A stretch of 38,441 nt of DNA, taken from NCBI GenBank assembly GCA_031414455.1, contig JANNVM010000545.1, forward strand, positions 1-38,441. The letters run 5' to 3'. Both the position numbers and the translations under genes were made by a program. The stretch is from Verrucomicrobiota bacterium. Its GTDB lineage: Bacteria > Verrucomicrobiota > Verrucomicrobiia > Verrucomicrobiales > V1-33. The notes under the pieces were generated by a model. That model was not told where the DNA came from and did no database searches. It saw only the letters and a list, made by a program, of their open reading frames with translations. Below are positions 17,116 to 25,079 of the stretch, piece by piece (within the stretch, counting starts at the first letter, position 1; every line of letters begins with the position of its first letter).

Positions 17116-18075
17116 ATGAAAACAAAACTGCACCACTGGCTATCGGCCATTCTTCTCACCCTCACTGCTGGCCAAGGCCAGGCCGCTACCATCCAACTCG
17201 TCATTCCCAACGCAGGCTTCGAAGAACAGGGCAACGTCCTGGATGGTGATGGCGACAGCATTCCGCTGGCCCAGGATCCGGCTGACTTTGCGGCCAATCG
17301 CGTGCCGGGCTGGTTCCCGACTGGCGACGACGCTGATGTTGGTCCGTCGGTGGGCATTTTTAATCCCATGGGCAGCGGGGCTCAGGGATTCACCACCACC
17401 ACGGCCCATAGCGGCAATCTCGTCCTGCGGGTGGCCGATGAAGACGGTGCGTATGCTCCCATCAGGACAACGGATGGTGCGGCGTTCCTGCTGGGTATAG
17501 GCGACGTTATCACGGTCACAGGCTGGATCGTTCAAGGGAGTGGAATCGACGCGGACATTCGCTTTGAGCTTTACCGCCTGGACGCCCTGCCAGGCTTAAG
17601 CAATATAATTCACCGTGAAGACAGCCATGTCAGAGGGGTGAAAGGCCCGGAATGGGTTCCCTTTTCCCTGACCTTTAGTGTCGATGAAGCCAACGCGCCC
17701 TATGCCGGTGCCCCGTTAGGCTTTGGGTTCGACAGCGAATCAGGGATGCTGCTGGATGACCTTTCCATCTCGGTGGAGCGAATTCCGGAGCCCGGCTCCG
17801 TGGCGCTGGCTGCTACCGGCCTGCTGTGGCTGAATGTCCGCCGGCGGCGCGCTGCACCGGCAGGGTGCGACCGCCAACGCCTGTGGACGCCGGTCCAGGT
17901 GGCTGGAACTCAGGCGTCCCGCCTGTGCTGGCCAGCGGTCATCATGACCGCTGAAAGCAATGGCCTGCCAATGAACAGCGTGGGGGGGCGTAATGCCGCC
18001 GTTCGAATGTGGATCATTCCGGTCACGCTTTTCCATCGGCGGCGGTGTAATAATAAAGATGACCACGCACGATGA
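17116..18075 (+). CDS. PEP-CTERM-anchored secreted protein, with an anomalous ~74-codon extension after the anchor
   Basis: Signal peptide MKTKLHHWLSAILLTLTAGQGQA/AT. The PEP motif is at 17785-17793 (IPEPGSVALAATGLLWLNVRRRR), with RRRR ending at 17850. The frame stays open to 18075 and overlaps the sig2b start by 17 nt. Confidence 0.75.
   Translation: MKTKLHHWLSAILLTLTAGQGQAATIQLVIPNAGFEEQGNVLDGDGDSIPLAQDPADFAANRVPGWFPTGDDADVGPSVGIFNPMGSGAQGFTTTTAHSGNLVLRVADEDGAYAPIRTTDGAAFLLGIGDVITVTGWIVQGSGIDADIRFELYRLDALPGLSNIIHREDSHVRGVKGPEWVPFSLTFSVDEANAPYAGAPLGFGFDSESGMLLDDLSISVERIPEPGSVALAATGLLWLNVRRRRAAPAGCDRQRLWTPVQVAGTQASRLCWPAVIMTAESNGLPMNSVGGRNAAVRMWIIPVTLFHRRRCNNKDDHAR
18022..18058 (+). promoter_or_regulatory. 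Module leader motif, copy C (upstream of sig2b)
   Basis: GTCACGCTTTTCCATCGGCGGCGGTGTAATAATAAAG followed by ATG. The block ends 25 nt before the start, and TAATAAAGATGACCACGCACGA is shared with copy A. Confidence 0.5.
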
Positions 18076-20056
18076 CACTTCCCTGCTGAACGCCTGGATC
18101 CGCGATGGCTCCGATGAGGCCTTCGGGGTGCTGGCGCGACGTTATGCCGGCCTGCTTTTTCATGCCGGGCTGCGGCAGACGGGCAGCCCGGAACTGGCAC
18201 AGGAGGCGGCTCAGAATGCGCTGGCCATCCTGGCCCGGAAGGCAGCGCGTGTTTCCGCCACGCCCAGTCTCGCTCCATGGTTGCACCGCACTGTCAGTTA
18301 TGAAGCCGCCACGCTCCTCCGTCGTGAGCGACGCCACGAAGCTCGTATGAAAACGTATCGTCCCCCTGATGACAGCCCGGATCCGTGGGCCAGGGCTGCC
18401 CCCATGCTCGATGCGGCTCTGAATGACCTGCCCAAGCCCGACCGCTGCGTCCTGCTCATGAAGTATGTGGACGGATGGACCTTTGAGCAAATGTCGGAAC
18501 GGCTGGGCGGAGAGTCGGCCACCTGGCGGAAGCGGGGATCGCGTGCCGTGGAGCGATTGCGGCGGATTTTTGCCAGGAAAGGAGTGGTGCTTTCCACCAC
18601 GATCATTTCCGCCGGGGTCAATGCCGCGCTCACCCAGACCGCCCCTGCAGCCGTCACCACAACTCTAGCCGCAGCATCACTTACGACTGCCGCAAGCCTT
18701 TCCTGGAAAACCCTCACCTTGCACACCCTCTATGTTATGAAAATAAAAAAAACCGCGATCACCCTCGGCATCGTTCTGGCGGCCCTCATCCCGCTGGGCC
18801 TGCAATATCTTAGCAATGCCGGGGATCGAGCCCGGGTGGCGGCATTGAAGACGTCCGTGGAGGCTGTGCGCACCTCTGTGGGGCCAGCATCGGACGGGAT
18901 CGCACGCAGCGGTGGCCGCTCCGCCCCGAAACCAGGCTCGGGCGGCACTGCCGCCGCGGAGGGCATCGATCTGGCCGCATGGGCCGATTTACTGAGCAAA
19001 CGGGAACCAGGCAGCGCTGCCGAAATGGCGAAAATGCTCAGCGTGCGAAACACCATCGGTTCCCTGGATGCCGATGCCCTGGAGGGCTTGATACTCGCAG
19101 CCGAACAAATGGAGCTGCCCCCTGCCAAGCGCATGGGGCTGATCACGGCATTTCTTTCGCAGCTGACGCTTAAAGCACCGGCCTCAGCAGTCCAGATCGC
19201 TGTGCGTCTGGCTACGGCGGCCACAGGCGAAAGCAATATGAACCTATTTTTCCAGGCCGGTGCGGCCATGGGAATCTGGGTAACCAAGGACCCGGAAGCC
19301 GCAGAAGCGTGGTTCGCCAAAGCCAAAGCAGACGGTGCCTTTGAAACAAAGCAACTTTCCAACATGATGAGCCTGGAGGGCACCCTCCAGCAGCATCGCA
19401 TCGCCGGGCTTTTGAGAACCCGCCCTGATCTGGCAGAAAAGGAAATTCAACTCATCGCCCCGCAAGATGCAGCCAATGCGCTTAGCCTGGCAGTGAAAAG
19501 CCTTGATCCAGCGCTTGTCCTCCGTCTGGCCAAACTGCTTCCTCCGGCCCATCAGCCCGCAGCGATGGCGGGTGCGGTGAGGCATCTGGCGGATACTGAC
19601 CCCACTGCCGCTGCCCAATTGGCAAAATCCATTGATGGCAGCGACAGTGATAAACGCGGCCTGCTAGTGGACATCGCCACGTCGATGACCATGGGAAGAT
19701 CCGAAGCCAAACCTGACTTGCAAAAGGTGAAAACCCAAAGCGCCTGGTTGCGGAAGGAGGCCCCGGAAGGCCATGGCGAAAAGGCAGTCGGCACCTATCT
19801 CGCAGGCCTGGGCCGCTATGATTTGTCGCGCGCCATGGAAGCGTATCGACTGGAAACTGACGGTCAATCATCGCCCGATCCGGTGCTGACCGGTGCCTTT
19901 GTCAGAGTCCTCGGCATGACAGGTCCGGCCCACTTCAAAGAAGCCAAACTGCTCGCCGAAGCCATGCCCGCTGGCGAGGAACGCGATCGAGCCTTCCGTG
20001 AATTCGAAAAACTTGCCTGGGCCAAGCAGTCCCCATCCCCCAAGCCAAAGCCATGA
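18059..20056 (+). CDS. sig2b: paralogue of sig2a (membrane-tethered ECF sigma fusion)
   Basis: Starts MTTHDDTSLLNAWIRDGSDEAFGVLARRYAGLLFHAGLRQTGSPELAQEAAQNALAILARKAARVSATPSLAPWLHRTVSYEAATLLRRERRHEARMKTY, nearly identical to sig2a. The TM segment is TAITLGIVLAALIPLGLQYL. The listed ORF start at 17993 is an upstream in-frame extension; ATG 18059 matches sig2a. Confidence 0.9.
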   Translation: MTTHDDTSLLNAWIRDGSDEAFGVLARRYAGLLFHAGLRQTGSPELAQEAAQNALAILARKAARVSATPSLAPWLHRTVSYEAATLLRRERRHEARMKTYRPPDDSPDPWARAAPMLDAALNDLPKPDRCVLLMKYVDGWTFEQMSERLGGESATWRKRGSRAVERLRRIFARKGVVLSTTIISAGVNAALTQTAPAAVTTTLAAASLTTAASLSWKTLTLHTLYVMKIKKTAITLGIVLAALIPLGLQYLSNAGDRARVAALKTSVEAVRTSVGPASDGIARSGGRSAPKPGSGGTAAAEGIDLAAWADLLSKREPGSAAEMAKMLSVRNTIGSLDADALEGLILAAEQMELPPAKRMGLITAFLSQLTLKAPASAVQIAVRLATAATGESNMNLFFQAGAAMGIWVTKDPEAAEAWFAKAKADGAFETKQLSNMMSLEGTLQQHRIAGLLRTRPDLAEKEIQLIAPQDAANALSLAVKSLDPALVLRLAKLLPPAHQPAAMAGAVRHLADTDPTAAAQLAKSIDGSDSDKRGLLVDIATSMTMGRSEAKPDLQKVKTQSAWLRKEAPEGHGEKAVGTYLAGLGRYDLSRAMEAYRLETDGQSSPDPVLTGAFVRVLGMTGPAHFKEAKLLAEAMPAGEERDRAFREFEKLAWAKQSPSPKPKP

Positions 20057-21348
20057 ACCGCCGTCTCATCACGCCCTTTCTTTTACTGGTTGCTGCTGCC
20101 GCCCTTTTCCAGTGGTGGCAACGAACCCGGATTCTGACCAGCGAAACCGAACTCCGAGCCGAGCTGGGCCAACTCAAAGACCTGAGAGCCCAGTCGCCCG
20201 CCGCACCCGTTCGCCCCGTCGGACCTGCTGCCAACTCCTCGCTACAAAAGGCCGAAACCTTTGATCCGGACAAATTTGTAGAGGAGTTCCTCGCACTGGT
20301 CCCGCTACTGCGGGACGCCAGGACCCAGGCCCCAGCGGAAACAAGTGACCTTCAACAACGGGCTTTGGCACTCATCAGTCAAATCGGCACCGCCCCTCCT
20401 GCTCTGGTGAAACAGGCTTACGAAAAAATGATGAAATCATCCCTGCCCGATGAGGGGAAAGAGGAACTCAGTCAGCCCTTCCTCCTCCGCCTCGCGGAAA
20501 CAGAGCCCGCCTGGGCCGCTGCCCAATGCGTCAAAATGGTGAAGTTCCCACACATTCTCCGGAACCTGATCGAAGTCTGGGCAGCCCAGGACGCCGGTGC
20601 AGCCAAAGCGTGGATCGAAACCGCCGTGAAGGAAGGCAGCCTCGCCGGATACGAAGCAAACATCGTCGAAATCCTGATGAACAATGTGGCATCGGCCCAA
20701 GCTTCCAGCGATCCCATGACCGCCTTGAAGGAACTGCCCGGGCTCAGTCCCGAAGGCCAACGCCAGTCCGTCACCAAAATGGCCGGTTCCCTGAAAACCA
20801 CCGATGAACGCCGTGCTGCCCTCGAACGCATCGCTGGTGGTGATCAGGTGACCGATCAGAATTTCCTGACGCTTCGGCACTTTGCCAATGCCCTCGGCGA
20901 AAACGCCGGCTTCGACGCCGGCCGTGCAGCCCTCGATGCCGCAAAACTATCCCCCCACATGCACGACGCTACCGCCGCCATCATCGCCGCCACTGGCATC
21001 GGCCCCGAGACCGCAGCCCGCGCCAATTGGTTATTGGAAAACCGCCGCACCGCCGAACCCGAAGCTCTCGAGGGTTTCATTCAAACGTGGACCAAAGCAG
21101 ACTACAACGGAGCCGCCACCTGGCTGAGTGACCTCCCTCCCAGCGCCAGCCGCGACACCGCCGTAGCTGCCTTCGCACCTCTCGTCGCTCAAAAAGAGCC
21201 CCCCTCCGCCGTAGATTGGGCCATCACTATCACCGACCCCGCGCAACGCACGACCGCTCTGAACCAAGTCTGGAAGGACTGGAAAGCCCACGCCCCGGAG
21301 GAAGCCGCCTCCTATTTCCGCGAGAAGGGGCTGCCCAGCCCGGAATGA
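20053..21348 (+). CDS. par2b: paralogue of par2a
   Basis: ATGA overlap with sig2b. The N-terminus is MNRRLITPFLLLVAAAALFQWW. The last 58 residues differ from par2a at one position (N/D). Confidence 0.85.
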   Translation: MNRRLITPFLLLVAAAALFQWWQRTRILTSETELRAELGQLKDLRAQSPAAPVRPVGPAANSSLQKAETFDPDKFVEEFLALVPLLRDARTQAPAETSDLQQRALALISQIGTAPPALVKQAYEKMMKSSLPDEGKEELSQPFLLRLAETEPAWAAAQCVKMVKFPHILRNLIEVWAAQDAGAAKAWIETAVKEGSLAGYEANIVEILMNNVASAQASSDPMTALKELPGLSPEGQRQSVTKMAGSLKTTDERRAALERIAGGDQVTDQNFLTLRHFANALGENAGFDAGRAALDAAKLSPHMHDATAAIIAATGIGPETAARANWLLENRRTAEPEALEGFIQTWTKADYNGAATWLSDLPPSASRDTAVAAFAPLVAQKEPPSAVDWAITITDPAQRTTALNQVWKDWKAHAPEEAASYFREKGLPSPE

Positions 21349-21427
21349 GTCCACCGCCGTCCGCCACCGAAACGGGAATGGGGGAATTTCATCCACAACG
21401 GAAGCAGCACGGAGCAAAAACTTTTCC
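21349..21427 (+). repeat. Conserved post-partner element, copy 2 (ends 38 nt before sig4 start)
   Basis: Shares the 36-nt identical block and flanking matches with 14182-14258. Confidence 0.7.
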
Positions 21428-21465
21428 GGTTTTTCCGCCAGCCGGGGGATACTCTGTGAACACCG

Positions 21466-23235
21466 ATGAACGACGGCACTTTACTCCAACAATACCGCTC
21501 AGGGAACCATGAGGATTCCTTCCGGGAAGTCGTGCAGCGGCATCTCGGGCTGGTGCGCGGGGTGGCGGGGCGCACCCTCGGCGGGATGGTGGATGCAGGC
21601 GCCATAGATGATGTGGCCATGCGCGTCTTTGCCACCATGGCGCGCAAGGCGGAGTCGCTGGAAGACCGGGCCTCCCTGGCAGGCTGGCTGGTGGTAGCCA
21701 CCCGGCAGGAGTCCCTGCGCCACGCGCGAAACGAACGAACCCGACACGCTGCCATGAAAGCCTACGCCGATGAAGGAAAAGCCGACCTGACAAAACCGGA
21801 GGAGGCCGCCTGGACGGAAGCGCTTCCCCACCTGGACGCCGCTCTGGCCCATCTGTCGGAAACCGACCGCGAGGCGGTAATCCTGCGATTTTATGATGAT
21901 AGGGGCTTCCGGGAAATCAGCGCCGTGCTGGGTCGTGGCGAGGATGCAGCCCGGAAACGCGTCAGCTCCGCGTTGGAAAAAATGAGCGCCTATCTTCGTC
22001 GGTCGGGGGTGGTCCTGCCAGCGGCTGTCCTGGGAGCCGGCCTGGCCTCCGGCCTGAAAGCCGAGGCTGCGACAGGTGCGGCCGGCATTGCGAATAAGGC
22101 GCTGGCTTTCGCCGCTTTGCCCCACCCCTTGACGTTGTGGAGAGCCCTCCAGTCTCATCCGGCGGCGGCGATGCTCTCCGCTGTGCTTGTGGTAGGAGCC
22201 TCGACCGGTGGTGGTTATGTAATTGGCCATGCTGCCTCCAAGCAAAGCGGACCGGCACCCTCCTCAAATCCGCCAAGCCAGCTCACGATCTCCCCGGTCC
22301 TGGCCGTCCCTTCAAGCCGAACGGATGTCGTCTCCCCCGTTAGCCTAACGCTTGAGCAATTGGCCGACGAGTTGGTGCGGCGCAGGCGCAGCCGACCGCC
22401 GGAAATCGGAGTCCCCAGCGACAACGAGCTGATGAACACGATCACCCCCGGTCAATTCGCCAGCCTGATCGCACTGCTGGATTCAAAGTATCGTGGTGAC
22501 TTTCACGTGCATGATGAAGTCGTTGGCGATCTCTTTCGCCGGTGGGCCAGAGCTGAGCCCCAAGTTGCGGGCGATGCCGTCGTGCAGCGGTGGAAGAATG
22601 GAACCTGTGAACTCTGGCAGGCGCGCGGATTGCTTGGGTCTTCCATATACGAATGGGGGAAGACCAACGGCCCTGCGGCCCTGGCATGGCTGGAGTTGCA
22701 GCAGATGCCCAGGGCGACTTTCGAAACCCTGGCACAGACGCTCTTCGGCAGTATGGCAAAGACAGATCCAGCGGCGGCGGTGCAATCCCTCGCTGGTATG
22801 TCGTGGGAAGACCGCTGTTTCTATCTGAAGGAAATGAGTCTCCCGGAGGACGCTCAAGCCCGTGCGTCCTTTACCGAAAAGCTGGCTGCCATTCCGGATG
22901 AAGAAACCCGCTCAGAGATTTTTCTCGGGACTTTTGCCAAACAGAGCAGCCTCACTCTGGCGGAGTTTCAGAGCCTTAAGTTCAGCAGCAGCGATTCCGG
23001 ATGGACCGCCATGCGGGTCATGGCAGACCGCATGGCCGAGACAGATCACGACCCGCAGCGGGCGCTCGATTTCCTGTGGGACAATGCCCCGCAGGAAGCT
23101 CGCCCTGCCATCTGTCGAAACTACCTGACCAAACTCCGCCTGATAGATCCGCCTGCCGCTGCCGCCTGGATGAAGACGCACCACCTAACGGAGGCCGGCA
23201 TCCAGGCCTCCATTCAATCCCTCGAACGCAAGTGA
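21466..23235 (+). CDS. sig4: membrane-tethered ECF sigma fusion
   Basis: Region 2 is FREVVQRHLGLVRGVAGRTLGG..DDVAMRVFATMARKAE..LAGWLVVATRQESLRHARNE. Region 4 is LSETDREAVILRFYDDRGFREISAVLGRGEDAARKRVSSALEKMSAYLRR. The hydrophobic segment is AAAMLSAVLVVGASTGGGYVIG. Trp-repeats include IYEWGKTNGPAALAWLELQQMP, LFGSMAKTDPAAAVQSLAGM and LIDPPAAAAWMKTHHL. Confidence 0.85.
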   Translation: MNDGTLLQQYRSGNHEDSFREVVQRHLGLVRGVAGRTLGGMVDAGAIDDVAMRVFATMARKAESLEDRASLAGWLVVATRQESLRHARNERTRHAAMKAYADEGKADLTKPEEAAWTEALPHLDAALAHLSETDREAVILRFYDDRGFREISAVLGRGEDAARKRVSSALEKMSAYLRRSGVVLPAAVLGAGLASGLKAEAATGAAGIANKALAFAALPHPLTLWRALQSHPAAAMLSAVLVVGASTGGGYVIGHAASKQSGPAPSSNPPSQLTISPVLAVPSSRTDVVSPVSLTLEQLADELVRRRRSRPPEIGVPSDNELMNTITPGQFASLIALLDSKYRGDFHVHDEVVGDLFRRWARAEPQVAGDAVVQRWKNGTCELWQARGLLGSSIYEWGKTNGPAALAWLELQQMPRATFETLAQTLFGSMAKTDPAAAVQSLAGMSWEDRCFYLKEMSLPEDAQARASFTEKLAAIPDEETRSEIFLGTFAKQSSLTLAEFQSLKFSSSDSGWTAMRVMADRMAETDHDPQRALDFLWDNAPQEARPAICRNYLTKLRLIDPPAAAAWMKTHHLTEAGIQASIQSLERK

Positions 23236-23254
23236 AACCCACACCTTCGCAACC

Positions 23255-23461
23255 ATGAAACTTCATTCCAAATACTTCCTGCCCGCAGCAATGATAATGC
23301 TTTCCGCTTCTGCCGCTCAGGCCGACTCCCATGTCCACACGTATGTCTTCACCGAATCCGTTGCGCAGACGCTGCGCAGCATTGGCATCAGTTTTGTCGC
23401 TGGGTGCACCGTGTTCGCTCTGGGCATCGTGGCTGCGGCTGTTGTTTTGAAGAAAAAGTGA
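23255..23461 (+). CDS. Small bitopic membrane protein (68 aa) between sig4 and par4
   Basis: Signal-like N-terminus MKLHSKYFLPAAMIMLSASAAQA/DS. The C-terminal TM is ISFVAGCTVFALGIVAAAVVL, followed by KKK. It fits exactly in the gap, 19 nt after the sig4 stop and 11 nt before the par4 ATG. No homology recognised. Confidence 0.5.
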   Translation: MKLHSKYFLPAAMIMLSASAAQADSHVHTYVFTESVAQTLRSIGISFVAGCTVFALGIVAAAVVLKKK

Positions 23462-23472
23462 GTCACAGGCAC

Positions 23473-24720
23473 ATGAAGCCAGTCCCATTTCTCAGCATCA
23501 CCCTCCTCCTCGCCGCCACCGGTGCCTGGACTGGCTATCGTCTGGCACCCCGACCGCTCAATCCGCCGCCGTCGCCACCCGGAGCCGCAGTTTCCAGTTT
23601 GCCAGTTTCTGAAATGCTGCCGGAACTTGTCAGAACGCCATCTGAACTCGAAGACCTCGTGAGGCGTTTCCTTTCCGCACGAGCCACTGACGAGGCGCTC
23701 GCCCTGTCTCTGCACAAGCAAATCCTGGCCACTGACAGCTCCCTGCTGAAACGAACCTGGGAAGAGCTGGCGGGCCGCAGCAAGGACCTCGAAGCCGGCG
23801 ATGTGCGCCATGTGCTCACCACTCTGCGCTTTGCTCTCGCAGAGCAGGATCCCATGGGGACCATCCAGTGGCTCGCCAGGAAATCCCCTCCTGATCAACT
23901 ACGGAATCAACTCTGGATGATGCTGGAAGACTGGAGCGTCCGCGATCCGATAGCTGCCTGGGAAGGTATGATCGCCGATACGATTGCCCCCAGCGTGCGG
24001 GATGAACTCTACAATGCCTTCACGACAATCTGCGCCAACTACGCGAAGCAAGATCCCGCTGCGGCCTTCGCGGCCTTCCTGAAATTACCCCCCGACCACT
24101 GGCTCAATGACTACGCTGCCGCGATGCTCTGCCGCGATGCGGCCACGCCCGCGCGTCGCATGGAAATGCTGCAACAGTTGGTGCAACAACCGCCGGGACG
24201 CCTGCGCACCGCCGGCCTGAATTCCATCCTGGCCTTTCAAACCCAAAATCAGTCGTTGGAAAAGACCGGCACCTGGCTACTGCAACAGCCTCTGCCCGAA
24301 GCAGAAAAGGATTCTCTCATCGCCGCCGTAGCTGCCTCTGCCGCACCGGATGATCCCCGCGCTGCCCTCACATGGCTGATGGCCAACTCCCGTCCGGAAG
24401 CCGCCATGGCATCCATGGAAAGACTCACCGAAGAGTGGGCCAGCGCTTCCCCTAACGACTGTGGCGAATGGCTCAAAACCCTGCCGCCCGGCCCCTCTAC
24501 CGATGGAGCTCTCTTCGCCTTTGTGGAAGAAGTCATGCAGCACGATCCCGAAAGCGCCTTCCTCTGGACCCGTCAGTTCGACCTCCCCGCCCGCCGTGAA
24601 GCCCGCGCCAAAGCCGTCTGGGAAAAGTGGGTCTCCAACGCCCCAGTCTCAGCCGCTCGTTTCGCCGGGCAATTTGATGCCCGGGAACGCGAATGGCTGA
24701 ACCTGCCCGTGGCCCCATGA
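23473..24720 (+). CDS. par4: signal-anchored Trp-repeat partner of sig4
   Basis: The N-terminus is MKPVPFLSITLLLAATGAWTGY. Repeats include MLEDWSVRDPIAAWEGM, ICANYAKQDPAAAFAAFLKLPP, LTEEWASASPNDCGEWLKTLPPGPSTDGALFAF and VWEKWVSNAPVSAARFAGQF. The listed start at 23404 overlaps the 68-aa ORF; ATG 23473 is preferred. Confidence 0.8.
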   Translation: MKPVPFLSITLLLAATGAWTGYRLAPRPLNPPPSPPGAAVSSLPVSEMLPELVRTPSELEDLVRRFLSARATDEALALSLHKQILATDSSLLKRTWEELAGRSKDLEAGDVRHVLTTLRFALAEQDPMGTIQWLARKSPPDQLRNQLWMMLEDWSVRDPIAAWEGMIADTIAPSVRDELYNAFTTICANYAKQDPAAAFAAFLKLPPDHWLNDYAAAMLCRDAATPARRMEMLQQLVQQPPGRLRTAGLNSILAFQTQNQSLEKTGTWLLQQPLPEAEKDSLIAAVAASAAPDDPRAALTWLMANSRPEAAMASMERLTEEWASASPNDCGEWLKTLPPGPSTDGALFAFVEEVMQHDPESAFLWTRQFDLPARREARAKAVWEKWVSNAPVSAARFAGQFDAREREWLNLPVAP

Positions 24721-24752
24721 AGACGCTTTTGGATCACACCGGAAACTATTTA

Positions 24753-24786
24753 GTCACACATTGCCCCCGGCGGAGGTCAAAATCAT
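24753..24786 (+). promoter_or_regulatory. Module leader motif, copy E (orphan, downstream of par4)
   Basis: GTCACACATTGCCCCCGGCGGAGGTCAAAATCAT shares GTCACAC (7/7) and CGGCGGAGGT (10/10) with copy A. No intact sigma ORF follows. Confidence 0.45.
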
Positions 24787-25079
24787 AGGGGTGGGGGCAG
24801 AGGCGGGGCGGAGGCGCTGGATTGGCGGGGGTTCCGGCAAAACGTGGCGCAGCGCGAGGTGCTTTGTCAGCACGTGAGCGCGGACTCGGAGTTGCCGGAG
24901 TTGTTCACGGCACGGTTCCCGGCGCGATACCGCAGGGCGCGGGTTTTCGACGATGGGCTGTGTCCAGCGACCCAATCATGCAGCCATGGCGCGTCCTTGA
25001 TCCCGCCGCCGCCAGCGCCGGTACCCGCGAAAGCGCCCGGGGATTCTGGTAGATTTACGTACCTCCGGCACTCAACATC

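Larger units (their letters stand above)
18022..21427 (+). repeat. Segmental duplication, copy 2 (leader + sig2b + par2b + 3' flank)
   Basis: Collinear with 10800-14258. Confidence 0.9.

Noticed and set aside
16863-17249. 128-aa plus-strand ORF spanning the fossil junction and the PEP-CTERM gene start
   Set aside because: It reads the par1-tail remnant out of frame and overlaps the PEP-CTERM signal peptide out of frame. No coding features are present.
17995-18025. GTTCGAAT string that resembles a tRNA T-arm
   Set aside because: There is no acceptor stem, anticodon arm or GGTTCGAATCC consensus around it. It lies inside the leader/extension region.
10838-21348. Idea that the two module copies are a diversity-generating retroelement template/variable pair
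   Set aside because: Differences between the copies are not confined to adenine positions (C/T, G/A and multi-base changes are all seen). No reverse transcriptase gene is present.
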